NCBI GenBank assembly: GCA_965205865.1
Contig: CBDBHR010000026.1
Coordinates: 243,204-307,203, forward strand
Source of the DNA: a bacterium
Lineage (GTDB): Bacteria; SAR324; NAC60-12
Direction: 5' to 3'
Length of the DNA: 64,000 nt
The position numbers and the translations under genes are program-made. Below are positions 42,689 to 54,902 of the stretch, piece by piece. Each line of letters opens with the position of its first letter. The stretch's first letter is position 1. The notes beneath the pieces are model-generated. The model made no database searches. It was not told where the DNA came from and worked only from the letters and a program-made list of their open reading frames with translations.

Positions 42689-42888
42689 TAAGTACCTGAG
42701 CATAAGTTTTTACCCATTCCAACCCCACCGGAACGCCGGCCTCCTACCTCCCCTTGAATGCAAGCCCAGTTGAAAAAAGGGGAGGGACACGCTCCCCTCC
42801 TTGTTTAAGGAAGGGTTGGGGTGGTCCGGCATTCTGGAGGTCAGAAAGTAGCATCTAAAATGTTAAAAAACTTTTGGCCTAGTACTTA
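42689..42888. repeat. ~200-bp MITE-like element
   Basis: TAAGTAC...AAGTTTT / AAAACTT...GTACTTA imperfect TIRs, internal C/G-rich hairpins. Confidence 0.5.
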
Positions 42889-43091
42889 GGTACTCTTTCC
42901 ATAAAGTGACTCAATTTATCAGAAGTCCATTCGGGAATCAAATTTAATCTTATGATCCACGAAGGGCACGAAGGAAAGTATTATAGGTGCGCACCCTAAT
43001 TTACCGCGACTGGTCCATCCCCATTCCCTCATCAAATGATCGATTTTTCTGGGCTCCAAACTTTGGGAGGGGGTCAGGAGGGGGTCAGGCC

Positions 43092-45048
43092 GTGCGCCAG
43101 GAAAGCTGGCAAGAAATAGAGAGTGAAAGTCTCTTACTCGGTAAGGCAGTAACGACCCGCCGAGTCCCCGAGTCATGAGTGGTTATTCGCAAGGATAGGC
43201 GCTAAGCGTTGACAAGGGAGAACATAGGCTCGGTATCGAGCTCCGAAATCATAGTTTCAGGCGCTGACCTTGTGGTCTGGTGGGGAAGGCAATATCAACC
43301 GAAGGCGTTAGCGTGAGTCTCGGCTGAGCCTGGCGGAGTCAAAGACCCGGTGCATGTGTGGAAGTTTCTTGATCGGAACCTGGGAGATCCTAAAGACGAC
43401 TGTCAACATTCCATTGGTAGTCGGATCGGGAAAATTTATAAATAACCCCGATATCTACGTCTTCAGGAAGTCGGACAAGTTCGTAGTAGCGATGAAGCGG
43501 CGAACAATGAGATCATTTGTTGAGAGTAACAATGCAAAGGAAATCAACGGAGCCTGTGGAGCAAAGGGACTTGGCTGAGAGGAATTCTGCTTGCCCTCCT
43601 GTGTTCGGAACTCGGAGGCCGGTAAAATCAGAGAGCGGTTTAAGCAGGGTGCGCCAAAGGGCGAAGAGGACTCCCCATCTTCAATTCAACAATCTCTTTC
43701 ATCACATCAACCCTGACTTACTGCGGAGAGCTTACTTTGATCTCAATCGCAACTCAGCGGCGGGAGTGGACGAGGAGACCTGGAATGAGTATGGCATAAA
43801 TCTCCTGGAGCGGATTAACGATCTGCACGGGAGGATCCACCAAGAACGTTATCGTCCTCAGCCTTCTCTGCGAGTGTGGGTTCCTAAACCGGATGGCCGT
43901 CAAAGGCCAATCGGAATAGCCGCACTTGAAGACAAGATCGTACAACAAGCCCTCGTTTGGACGTTGGAATCGATCTATGAGGAGGATTTCCTTGGGTTTA
44001 GTTACGGGTTCCGACCCGGACGAAGCCAACATCAAGCCTTAGACGCTTTGTATGTGGCCATTACCCAACGGAAAGTGAGCTACATCTTAGATGCGGATAT
44101 TCAAGGATTTTTCGACACAATTCAGCATGATTGGATGCTGAAATTTATCAAGCATCGAATCTCCGACAAAAGGATTCTGCGTTTAGTAGAGAAAACGTTG
44201 CGCGCCGGAGTCATCGAAGATGGGAAGTGGTCTGAAACGGTGGTCGGAACACCACAAGGTTCGGTAGTTTCTCCAATCTATTCAAATATCTACCTGCACT
44301 ATGTTTTAGATCTATGGGTCAATCAATGGAGAAGGCGGGAAGCTCGGGGGGAAGTTTACATCATTCGCTATGCGGATGATTTCGTCGTGGGTTTTCAATA
44401 TTCTGAAGATGGCCAGAAATTTAATCGCCAACTAAGAGAACGCCTCTCTCAATTTGGACTGACTTTACATGAAGAGAAAACACGCCTCATCGAGTTCGGG
44501 CGATTTGCCGCCGATAACCGGGAAAAACAAGGTCTGGGAAAACCGGAAAGTTTCGACTTTTCAGGATTCACTCATGTCTGTGACACTCGGATAAAGGATG
44601 GAAAATTCAAGCTCACCCGTCTCACCATTTCCAAAAGGTTGCGAAAGAAGCTCAAAGAGATCAAACTTGAAGCGAAACGCAAACGTCATGAAAATGCGCA
44701 TGAACAAGGAAAATGGCTCAGGTCTGTTTTAAACGGTCTGTACAACTACTATGGAGTCCCCGGCAACCGGAGTTCCTTGAATGCTTTTCGCACGGAAATC
44801 CATCGGACGTGGTTCAAATCACTAAGACGGAGGAGTCACAAAGCAAAGAGGATGAACTGGGAACGCTTCAAAGTACTGGTCAAACTACACATTCCTTCTG
44901 TAAGGACAACCCACCCGTATCCGAATCAACGTTTGAGCGTCTGACTCGAAGCAGGAGCCGGATGCGTTAGCAGCGCACGTCCGGATTTGTACCGGAGGAA
45001 TGACGAAAGGTGGCTGGAAACCTCTATAAGTCAGTTCTTTACGGTGAC
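43092..45048 (+). mobile_element. Complete group II intron
   Basis: 5' GTGCG; DV GAGCCGGATGCG...CGCACGTCCGGATTTG at ~44956; 3' AC; flanks rejoin to a known repeat. Confidence 0.92.
43517..44944 (+). CDS. ltrA: Group II intron reverse transcriptase/maturase, no endonuclease domain
   Basis: AAGVD, PKPDG.QRPIGI, SYGFRPGRS, GTPQG, RYADDF, domain X; start uncertain. Confidence 0.95.
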   Translation: MLRVTMQRKSTEPVEQRDLAERNSACPPVFGTRRPVKSESGLSRVRQRAKRTPHLQFNNLFHHINPDLLRRAYFDLNRNSAAGVDEETWNEYGINLLERINDLHGRIHQERYRPQPSLRVWVPKPDGRQRPIGIAALEDKIVQQALVWTLESIYEEDFLGFSYGFRPGRSQHQALDALYVAITQRKVSYILDADIQGFFDTIQHDWMLKFIKHRISDKRILRLVEKTLRAGVIEDGKWSETVVGTPQGSVVSPIYSNIYLHYVLDLWVNQWRRREARGEVYIIRYADDFVVGFQYSEDGQKFNRQLRERLSQFGLTLHEEKTRLIEFGRFAADNREKQGLGKPESFDFSGFTHVCDTRIKDGKFKLTRLTISKRLRKKLKEIKLEAKRKRHENAHEQGKWLRSVLNGLYNYYGVPGNRSSLNAFRTEIHRTWFKSLRRRSHKAKRMNWERFKVLVKLHIPSVRTTHPYPNQRLSV

Positions 45049-45100
45049 TTTGATTATTTGATTAGGAATGAGTCCAGTTTTTTTGCCCCCATTTCATTTA

Positions 45101-45286
<186 letters not shown>

Positions 45287-45322
45287 CTAGACTGTTGGAT
45301 TTGATTAGTCTTCACTATTTTT

Positions 45323-45369
45323 CGTTATTGTGAGAAACTGTCATTTTAAGACAGTTTCTCACAATAACG
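45323..45369. promoter_or_regulatory. Perfect 20-bp inverted repeat, probable AbiEi operator
   Basis: CGTTATTGTGAGAAACTGTC-N7-GACAGTTTCTCACAATAACG. Confidence 0.75.
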
Positions 45370-45379
45370 TATAGTCACA

Positions 45380-46012
45380 ATGTTTCCTTTGATTGAAACC
45401 ATCTACCGGACCCTTCCCTACGATTTTTTCACTGGTACGGAACTCACACGGCTGATTCCTGGGTCCGACGCCGCACGACAGGGTATCCTGAAACGGGCGA
45501 TGGCGAAGGGGGAATTGATTCGAATTCGTCGCGGAGTCTATTGTTTGGGAAACGCGTGGCAGCGAACCTCGCTCAACCTCTTTGCCTTGGCCCACCGATG
45601 TTACAGTCCTTCTTATATCAGCCTGGAATCAGCACTCTCCTTCCACCACCTCATTCCTGAAGCGGTTTATGTCACTAGCAGTCTTTGTTTGAAAAGGAGT
45701 ATGGATTTTCATAGCCCTGTAGGAGTATTTTCGTATACCCGTCACTCACGCTTTACCATGAAGGGGGTGGAACGTGTGATGATGGGGAATCTGCCCGTCT
45801 TGATGGCCAAGCCTGCTACAGCGATTGTAGACTATGCGCAAGTGTATAAAAAGGATTGGACCACCCTTGAACCTTTGGTGAAGAGTCTTCGGATCGACGA
45901 AGACGACCTTTCACAAATTCCCATTGAGGACTTTTCCGGATTAGTCCCTTATTATCAAAGTCGACGCATTGAACAGTTTGTCAAATGCATTTCGAAGGAG
46001 TTAGCACTATGA
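45380..46012 (+). CDS. abiEi: AbiEi type IV antitoxin/regulator
   Basis: GELIRIRRGVY, PSYISLESALSFHHLIPE. Confidence 0.88.
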   Translation: MFPLIETIYRTLPYDFFTGTELTRLIPGSDAARQGILKRAMAKGELIRIRRGVYCLGNAWQRTSLNLFALAHRCYSPSYISLESALSFHHLIPEAVYVTSSLCLKRSMDFHSPVGVFSYTRHSRFTMKGVERVMMGNLPVLMAKPATAIVDYAQVYKKDWTTLEPLVKSLRIDEDDLSQIPIEDFSGLVPYYQSRRIEQFVKCISKELAL

Positions 46013-46863
46013 GCATTGAAGTGATTCAAAACGAACTCAAGCGCTACGCGGCGAAATCAATTCAGGAAGAGCAGCAGGCCATCAGGGAAATTTCACAGGA
46101 GCTGATTCTTTCAGGTTTAGAAAGAGCCGGATTTTTTAAGGTTGCTGAATTTCAAGGGGGGACATGTTTACGCATCTTTCACGGGGTGCAACGTTTTTCA
46201 GAAGATCTTGATTTTGCCTTATCGGCGCCAGATTCGAATTTTCAGTGGTCCTCTTATCTGAACCGATTGGAAAAAGAGGTTCAGGTTTATGGCTTTCAAA
46301 TCCAAATCAAGGAGCGCTCAAAGTCGGGACGGGCTATCAAACAAGTTTTTCTCAAGGCTGATTCCCCAGCGAACTATTTCGAACTCCAATACCCCTCGTC
46401 GCTCAGCAAATCGTTAAGAATCAAATTGGAAGTCGATGCGCATCCTCCCTCAGGAGCGTTCACGGAAACGAGGTTCTTGAATTTCCCGACGCTGGCTGCG
46501 ATCACCATTCAAACCATAGCTTCCCTGTTTGCCGGAAAGCTGCATGCCCTTTTATCTCGCCCATGGGAAAAAGGAAGAGATTGGTATGACTTCCTCTGGT
46601 ACACCAGCCGCCGAACTCCTGTCAACTGGGATTTATTGTCCAATGCGTTGGAGCAAATGGGACCTTGGCAGGGACAGGGGGGAAGAGCCAATTTACTTTG
46701 GTTAAAAGAACAAATGGAATTGCGGATCAAGGCCATGGATATGGATGCTGCGCAAAAAGACATCAGACGATTTCTGAAACCGCTTGAAAACGAAGGGCTG
46801 CATCATTGGACTCCGAGTTTGTTTCTGGGCGCATTGGACAAATGGGCTGAATCCCTCAGATAA
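46009..46863 (+). CDS. abiEii: AbiEii nucleotidyltransferase toxin
   Basis: FQGGTCLRIFHG..RFSEDLDF, KLHA, KGRDWYD. Confidence 0.92.
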   Translation: MSIEVIQNELKRYAAKSIQEEQQAIREISQELILSGLERAGFFKVAEFQGGTCLRIFHGVQRFSEDLDFALSAPDSNFQWSSYLNRLEKEVQVYGFQIQIKERSKSGRAIKQVFLKADSPANYFELQYPSSLSKSLRIKLEVDAHPPSGAFTETRFLNFPTLAAITIQTIASLFAGKLHALLSRPWEKGRDWYDFLWYTSRRTPVNWDLLSNALEQMGPWQGQGGRANLLWLKEQMELRIKAMDMDAAQKDIRRFLKPLENEGLHHWTPSLFLGALDKWAESLR

Positions 46864-46937
46864 ACGATGGCCCTCAATCACCCCTTTCCAAAGTCAATTC
46901 AATGATTTTCGCTCTTGATTTTTTAATAAATGAAATT

Positions 46938-47385
46938 CCTCGCCAATCTGACGCCAGTAATTGCTCACCATTTCTAAATAGTCACCAGGATTTGATGATA
47001 CGGCGAGTATGTGCGTCTTGAATCCATTGGGAAAGCCCGGCCGGAAGCTTTTTCGCCTCTTACGGGTCTTACTGACAACCATTCTTTACGGCTTCGTACC
47101 TCTCCCCATAGGGGATGCGACATCCTCGAGGCGCCTCTTAACTGCTCGGGAGTTGTGGTGGGAGTGCACATGCAATATTCGTTTCTATCATTCGCCCATT
47201 TACCTATAAATGGCTTCTCGACAACACCATAGTCGGTGAGCATAGCGAATTGAGCACCTCACCAAGCGTCACCTTGCTCCCGTATCGTTGCTTGGCAAGC
47301 ATAGGTAAATGTCCCCCCATAGCGCGGCTTTTCCAACATCTTGCCGGTGGCGGGGTCTTCGACCATCTCTTGCTCAGTCACAGCA
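46938..47385 (-). pseudogene. Internally deleted SBP remnant, inverted relative to the array
   Basis: QEMVEDPATGKMLEKPRYGGTF, GVVEKPFIGKW, GFPNGFKT...YWRQIG. Confidence 0.75.
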
Positions 47386-47604
47386 CTTAGGAACAAACCT
47401 TAAATAACCTGTAATTTTTCCAATGGTTTAAATCAACTCTCTCTTATCTTCAAACTTTGTAAGAACCTAAAAATATGCGATTTGTTATCTTTTTTTCATT
47501 TGGGGCTTGATGCTGTGTAGTAATAGCAGTGCTAAAATCAAGCCTTGTAGTTAAGGGAAGGAGAGGACTTCCGCTCGTTTGATTCAAAATTAGCTGTGGG
47601 AGGA

Positions 47605-47938
47605 TTCCCGCTCGATCGATTGAACAATACCCCGGGAGGATGTGAAAACAATGGATCCTTCCCGGGAGTCTTTTTTCAATGTTATTGAACTGAACGGCTT
47701 CTGACTGTCCCCGGATTTGAGCAGATTTTTTGTTTTTTTGCGAATCCAGCATTTATTTTATATCAGGGGGTTGGCATTGCGTTGTTGTTGTTGTGCTAGA
47801 ATCGTGCCTTCACTAAGTTGTTTTGGTGAAAGAGAGGGTTCCCGATCGATGGAACAATATCGTGAGAGGAATTGAAAACGATCGATCCTCTCCCGGGAAT
47901 CTTTTTTAATGATATTTAACTAAACGGGTTTTTCAGAG
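47605..47938 (+). repeat. Degenerate ~100-bp direct repeat upstream of SBP4
   Basis: CGATCGAT.GAACAATA...TGAAAAC...GATCCT..CCCGGGA.TCTTTTTT at ~47605 and ~47840. Confidence 0.7.
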
Positions 47939-48089
47939 ACCTGAATAGTTACAAAAAATCAATTGACTTCTGAAAATGGAGAAAATTATGAGACGTGCAA
48001 TGAATCAAAACCAATTCACTTCCAATAAAGGAGGAGCTTTGGAAAATCCAAGGAATCATAACCCAAATCAAAACGAAAACGGAGGAACC

Positions 48090-49866
48090 ATGAAAAACAG
48101 CAAAAATCAGAACAATCCAATCATTGTTGTTAACCCTCATCCTTATGGTGGCTGCTCTCGGGGTCGGTCCGGCAGCTGTGACTGCGCAAGAGATGGTGAA
48201 AGATCCAGCCACAGGCGAGATGGTGACTGCGCCTGAATATGGCGGGACCATCACCTTCGCGATGCAAGTTGAACCGGATAACCCCGACACCGGGTTCAAA
48301 CACTTCCATGCAGCCGCCTCTTCGGGAGTGGTAGAGAAACTCGGCATTGCGAACTGGGCATTCGACCGGAACGTGTTTGCCTTCCGAACGGTCCATCTGC
48401 CTGAGGAGGTCATCAGAGGCCAACTGGCCGAGAGCTGGGAGATCCCGGACCCGCTGACCTATGTCTTCCACATCCGCCAAGGCGTTCGCTGGCATAATAA
48501 ACCACCGATGAACGGCCGTCTCCTGACGGCGCAGGATGTTGAATACAACTTTCACCGTATGTTGGGTCTGGGTAGCGGTTTCACCGAGAAGGCCGTAGGA
48601 GTCGCTTGGAGTTTCATCGATGACATTGGCATCAAATCGGTAACCGCCAAAGGATCAACCGTCATCTTTCGACTGAACAAGTTGAACTTCGATGCCCTCA
48701 AGACTATGCTTGTCGACCACTCCGTGGGGGTATTTCCGCCTGAGGTAATCCAGGCCCTCGGCGACGTGACCGACTGGCGAAACCTGGTCGGCACCGGACC
48801 GCTGATGCTGACCGACTGGGTCGACGGAAGCTCGATCACCTGGGAGAAGAATCCCAACTACTGGGGGGGCGACGAGAAGTTTCCGCGGAACCGCTTGCCG
48901 TATGTCGACAAGGTGATGGCTCGGGTCATCCTCGATTCGGCGACACAACTGGCAGCGCTGCGCTCGGGTAAGGTCGACCTCCTCGGCTCTTTTGGCGACT
49001 CGCAGATCCGATCTATTGATCAGGCAGAGAGCCTCAGGCAAACCAACCCCGACATCGTGCTGTCACCCTACTCGACTCGATCGGAGACCTCATTTGCTAC
49101 GAACCAGACAAAGTCTCCAATGAACGACATCCGGGTGCGTCATGCGTTGCAGATGGCGCTCGACCTGGAGACGATCAACGCTACCTACTGGAAGGGCTGG
49201 GCGGACATCACACCGCAGGGATGGTTCGGGTCCGCTGTGCTCGGCTATGCTACGCCATTCGAAGAGTGGCCGGAGGAGGTGAAGCAATACTACACCTATG
49301 ATCCGGAGAGGGCCGGGCGCCTGCTCGATGAGGCCGGTTATCCGCGTGGCGCGGACGGCATTCGATTCTCGACCACCCTCGAGGTGTGGGAGTGGATGGA
49401 TCTGAATTTCTTCGAACTGGCGGCACAGCAATTCAGGGAGATCGGCGTGGAGGTCACGGTACCCACTCCGTTCGACATTTCGCCTCGTGTTCGTGAGCAC
49501 GAGTACGAAGGGATGATCAGCTACCCCTCAGCATTCGACGCCAACCCCCTCGTGCTGCTCCAGTTTGTCTCGACCAGCGAATGGAACCCCACCGGCTTGC
49601 AGGACCCCGAGATGGACCGTTTGTGGGCAGCGACGCAGGAGGCTATCAGCCTCGATGAATTCAAGCGGCGGGTCAGAGAGGCAGAACAGTATGCCACTGC
49701 CCAGCACTGGATCCTGTGGGGTGGAAGGGTACCGCATTTTCAGGCCCACCAGCCATGGGTCCAAGGCTATAACGGAGAGACCAACTTAGGCTTAGGCATG
49801 GAAAGAACCGCGATGTTCGCCCGCCTCTGGATTGACCAAGCACTGAAGAAAGAAATGGGCTTCTAA
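48090..49866 (+). CDS. ABC substrate-binding protein family 5 (SBP4); +1 in A run just after the ATG
   Basis: GGAGG-N4-ATG at 48090 aligns with SBP5 start; 580-aa body intact. Confidence 0.88.
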
Positions 49867-50193
49867 GCGAGTCCACGCACCCATTAGCATGAACTATCCT
49901 CTCGTCCGCAGTGCGGGTGGGAGGGTAGTTTTCTTCATTTTTTCAGGGAAAAGACTGAAGCGAGTCAACGCCCGGACTGAAGACTGATAGGGCTAATCAC
50001 TCCAAGGTTTCGTCGGATAAGTTGTAGTGAATATTTCAGGAATTTGTTTGACAGCTTCCCCAATAATTTCAAACATATTCTAATATTGGAAACTACAACC
50101 CTCAGTGTAATGATAAGCCTTATAAGAGATAAAAAATTTGGCAGAGTCGGCTAAGCTCCAGCGTTTTATTCGACAGTTTTACGTTGGAGATTT

Positions 50194-50457
50194 CTATTCA
50201 TAATGGGTCCACATTCTAATCACTTTGACATTTTTTTTCTCTTTACTGATTTGATAAACTAGACGATGTTGAAAATTAATGCGTCTTGAATATGCCCCAT
50301 CAAGATCTCCAATCAATTTTTCAAAGGCAGGCGGATTTTGATAAGGATTCTCTTGTAGGATTTCAATGAGACTTTGAGCTTTTTCTTTGAGTCCGGCCTT
50401 GGCCAATTTTTTTGCATCCTTTTGAGCTTGCTTTGTATAGAAAACTTTCCAGTTCAC
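50194..50457 (-). CDS. yoeB: Txe/YoeB toxin
   Basis: EKLIGDLDGAYSRRINFQHRLVY, RMWTHYE. Confidence 0.92.
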   Translation of the reverse strand: MNWKVFYTKQAQKDAKKLAKAGLKEKAQSLIEILQENPYQNPPAFEKLIGDLDGAYSRRINFQHRLVYQISKEKKNVKVIRMWTHYE

Positions 50458-50696
50458 CAGCTCAACTCATTTGAACATTTATCAATGGGGGTTTTCAGTC
50501 CTTCTTTTATTGACTCACGCATACCTGGAATAGAAATCAGATATAAGGTTTCTTGAATTGCATTCCAATCTTCTTCTGAAACCAAAACTCCATTAGCCCT
50601 TTTGCCTGTAATCGTTATGGGAGTATGTGAATTTGCTACTTCATCAAGAATACGGGATAAATTTGATCTGGCTTCGCTAGTTGTAAGTGTTGGCAT
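50454..50696 (-). CDS. yefM: YefM antitoxin
   Basis: SEARSNL, VLVSEEDWNAIQETLYL. Confidence 0.92.
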   Translation of the reverse strand: MPTLTTSEARSNLSRILDEVANSHTPITITGKRANGVLVSEEDWNAIQETLYLISIPGMRESIKEGLKTPIDKCSNELSW

Positions 50697-51108
50697 TTTC
50701 TCCTCCTAAAAAAGTTCATTTTTTTAGTACGTTATGACGTTTGTTCTCACAAGATATTTTATAGAGATGCATTTTTATGAAAGTCGAACGATTTGATAAA
50801 CCTCCTTGACCCATCACTGAATTTGGGAAACATCAGTCTCTTTAATAGGTAGGAACAAGACGAGCCACTTCTTGCTTATTTCGTTGGATAACGCTGGTCT
50901 CTCCAACCGATGCTTTATCTAAAAAATCAAAAAGGTTATTTCATAATTTGGTTGCAGATATCTTAATCATTTCCACTTCTTCCATAAAAACGTACAGGAA
51001 ACTTTTTATAATGTACAGGATCGCACTCTTATGTAGTAATTTTACAAGGAAAATTCTCGCATCATTTGTGATTTTATCCTTTTTTTTAGAGATCACAAAA
51101 TACTGATC

Positions 51109-51466
51109 GTGCTCAAAAGTACTCGCGGACATGTCTTGGTCGTCATGTTAGCTTACCTGATGCTTCACCGCTTACAGCAAGCTTGGAAACGCTTTGATTT
51201 GACCGCTGAAGTAGGACTGAAACAACTGGCGACTCTTGGTGCCATCGAAGTGAAAGTCAAAGGCCAGGGAAGTTGTCTCAAAATTCCAACTCCCCGAGAA
51301 CAATCCCAGAAACTATTGGAAGCCCTCAACATAAGGCTCCCTAATGCTTTACCTCATCGAGAAGTGACTGTAGTCACTAGAAAAAAACTCATGAAAGAAC
51401 GAAAATTTTATTAAAAATCAGTCATTTATATCTTAATCACCCCTAATCATCAGGGGTGAAGATCCG
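51109..51466 (+). mobile_element. IS1634-like transposase C-terminal remnant
   Basis: TRGHVLVVMLAY, IPTPREQSQKLL. Confidence 0.6.
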
Positions 51467-51507
51467 CTTCAACAATATCAGTAACCTGTATTTCAACGCA
51501 AAAAAAA

Positions 51508-51601
51508 TGAACTACCCCGCAGCAGAGCTACGGGGTATCAAGTCGTAGGGGCAATTTTTTCAACGAAGCAAGCTTCGGGGAATTAGACCCTAAGAGATTA
51601 A
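51508..51601. repeat. IS200/IS605-derived-like palindromic mini-element
   Basis: TACCCCGCAGCAGAGCTACGGGGTA and CGAAGCAAGCTTCG hairpins. Confidence 0.55.
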
Positions 51602-51903
51602 AAAAAAGTGCTTGAAATATATATTGCACCTATCGTACCATGGGATTGCTTGGGGAAGTGAGGAAGTGAATCAAGCATTGTGAAAGCAATTCCTTTTCCT
51701 CAGGAATCTTTTTTTCCTCATTCATGTGGTCGAATGCACTTTATTTCATTGCTCTTTCATTATAAAGGTAATCATGGATATTAAAAAATTTCTGGCCCCT
51801 ATCGTCGGGATAAGCGTGGTAGACGATTTGTCTGCTGCGAAAATTCGATTCGCTCAATGTTGTGGCGAATCTTTTAAATTTAATCTCAATTGTAAGAGGA
51901 ATC

Positions 51904-53704
51904 ATGGAAAAAAGTAAAACAAGAACAATCCAATCATTGTTGTTAACCCTTATCCTTATGGTGGCTGCTCTCGGGGTCGGTCCGGCAGCTGCTGCTGAGA
52001 AAAAGATGGTCAAAGACCCCTCCACTGGCGAGATGGTGACCGCGCCCGAGTATGGCGGGACATTGACCTTTGCCAATCGAGGCTGCGGGTCGACTTATTA
52101 TATTGACAGTTGGTTCGGCGGCTTCGCCGGTTCCACCCAGGCCGGCGTCACGGAGAAGCTTGGCATCGGCAGGTGGGAAATAGATCGCGAACGAATTTAA
52201 CCTGCAAAGCGGCTACGTTCCTCTTTCTGTTCATCAGAGGCTCGGTGGCCGAGAGCTGGGAACTACCCGATCCGAAAACCTATATTTTCCATATCCGCGA
52301 GGGCATTCGCTGGCATAACAAGGCACCCTATGAATGGGAGAGAATTGATCGCTAAGGACGTAGAATTCAACTGGCACCGTATGGCGGGCCTGGGCGAATT
52401 CAGCGAAACCGGAGGAAGCCCCCATCAAGGCCAGATCACCGCCATCCCCTTTGAATCGGTAACGGCTACTGATCGGTATACGGTTGTTTTCAAGACGACG
52501 GAGGCACAAACCGATACACTGAGGAATCTCCTCATCCACCACGCCGCTTGGGTATACCCGCCCGAGGTCCTCAAGGAGCACGGCGATCTCAAGGACTGGA
52601 GGCATTTGGTCGGTACCGGGCCCTACATGCTCACCGATATCGTCGATGGCAGCTCTACGACCTTTACCAAGAATCCTGACTACTGGGGCTTCGATGAAAA
52701 ATACCCGGAGAACCGCTTGCCCTACATTGACCAGTTAACGGGCCTGTTTATGGGGGAAGAGGCAACGATTGTGGCGGGATTGCGCTCGGGTAAGGTGGAT
52801 TACATCGGTCTGCCCGGCGGTTGTGGCGCTCAACTAGGTTCTATCGACCAGGCAGTGAGTCTCCGGGAAAACAACCCGGAACTCATGCTGACCCCGTGGG
52901 CCTATCGCGCGGAGAATGCTTTTACTTTTAAAATCATGGAGCCTCCCTTTAATGATATCAGGGTGCGCCAGGCCATGCAGATGGCATTGGACCTCGAGAC
53001 CATTAACACGAAGTACTATAAGGGCTTTGCCGACACAACCCCTCGCACGAAGATTGGAGATTCGCTTGCCGGTTTTACCGTCCCGTTTGATGAGTGGCCC
53101 GAAGCGGTCAAGAAAGTCTATCAATATGACCCGGAAGGGGCGAAGCAACTTCTGGCGGAAGCGGGCTATCCCAATGGCTTCAAGACCAACTTAACTGCTT
53201 TAGATAGATTTGATATAAACTACGCCCAATTAGCAGCCTCCTACTGGGGTAAGATTGGCGTTGATGTCGAGATCACCCTGTTGGACCGACCTGCTTTTAT
53301 TGCCGCTGTGCAATGGACTGACTTATGAAGGTATGGCAAGTTCGGTAGCAGCCTATGATTTTGATGCTTTGGAAACGGTCAGAGAGTACCACTCGAGCTC
53401 TATAGGGAAAACCGGGACCGGACCGAGCACAACCGGACTCAGTGACCCGGTTTACGACGCTTTGTTTGATGCGGCTCAATCCGCTCCCACCGTCGAGGAG
53501 CAGAAGGGACACATTAGAGAGATCGATTTGTACCTCGCCAAGAACCACGTGCAGGTGTGGAGTCCCAAACCCCCACAGTTTAACGTGAACCAGCCGTGGG
53601 TCAAAGGGTATAACGGCGAAATCGACTTGGGATGGGGCGACCGTTCCGTCATCTTCTCCCGCATTTGGATTGACCAGGATCTGAAGAAAGAAATGGGGCA
53701 TTAG
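51904..53704 (+). CDS. ABC substrate-binding protein family 5 (SBP5), several frameshifts
   Basis: Consecutive ORFs 51862-52200, 52110-52355, 52330-53328, 53255-53704 join into one SBP. Confidence 0.8.
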
Positions 53705-53836
53705 TGCTGATAGGACAAGTCCCCCTTTGAAAAAGGGGGATTTAGGGGGATTTTACAGGTTTTGCGCAACCAAATCCCCCCTGACCCCCTTTGGCAAAGG
53801 GGGGAAAGTGTTTTTGATCATGCTTAGGTATCTCCC

Positions 53837-54800
53837 ATGAGAGTCTATATCATCCGGCGGTTGTTGCTCATCATCCCCACCCTGTTCATCTTGAGCATCC
53901 TGGTCTTTTTCTCGGTGCGCTTCATCCCGGGCAATGTCATAGACGCCATGGTGAGCAGGATGGAACACGTGGGGAACTATGGGGAATTAGACCGTGACAC
54001 GCTCGAGCAGATGCTGGGACTGGACGTGCCGGTCTATGCTGCAGTATGGACGCTGGATCGGCGGTATTTTCCGGCACGGCACCCTGGGCCAATCACTGTG
54101 GGGCGATTGGACGGTAGAAGAGAAGATCATCGGACGATTGCCGGTCACCCTTGAGCTTGGCCTCCTGGCCATCCTCATCGGGCTGGTGATCGCCCTGCCG
54201 GTGGGCATCTACTCGGCCATTCGCCAGGATACCGCCGCCGACTACCTGGGGCGCTCGGTTGCCATCATCGGCCTGGCCACGCCCAACTTCTGGCTGGGCA
54301 TTATGCTGATGATCTACCCGGCCCTCTGGTGGGGCTGGTCCCCCCCGTTGCAGCTGATTCCTTTCAGCGAAGACCCGTTGGGGAACCTGGGGATGTTCTT
54401 CTTTCCCAGCCTTATTCTGGGGACGGCCATGGCGGCGGCCACCATGCGGATGACGCGCACCATGATGCTGGAGGTGCTCCGGCAGGACTATGTCAGGACA
54501 GCCTGGTCCAAGGGGCTCCGGGAGCGGGTCGTGATTATCCGGCACACCATCAAAAATGCCCTCATCCCGGTTATCACCCTGATCGGCCTGCAGTTGCCGA
54601 TCCTGGTGGGGGGCTCCGTGATCATGGAAAACATCTTTAACCTACCGGGGCTCGGGCGTCTGCTGCTGGTTGCCCTCCAGGAAAGAGACTACCCGGTGGT
54701 CTCCGGAGTCAACCTGTTTTTCGCCACCGGGGTGGTGCTGCTCAATCTCCTCATCGACCTGATTTATCCCTATCTGGACCCGAGGGTGCGGTATGAATAG
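53837..54800 (+). CDS. DppB-like permease, frameshift near 54040; dppC scrap follows (54815-54860)
   Basis: Two overlapping ORFs; EAALSFLGFGLP downstream. Confidence 0.85.
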
Positions 54801-54902
54801 TCGCTGGCGCGAAGCGAGGCGGCGCTGAGCTTCCTGGGATTCGGTCTGCCCCTCAACGATCGTAAGTGGGTAGAACACTAGCTTGGGACGTCATTAAAAG
54901 CT

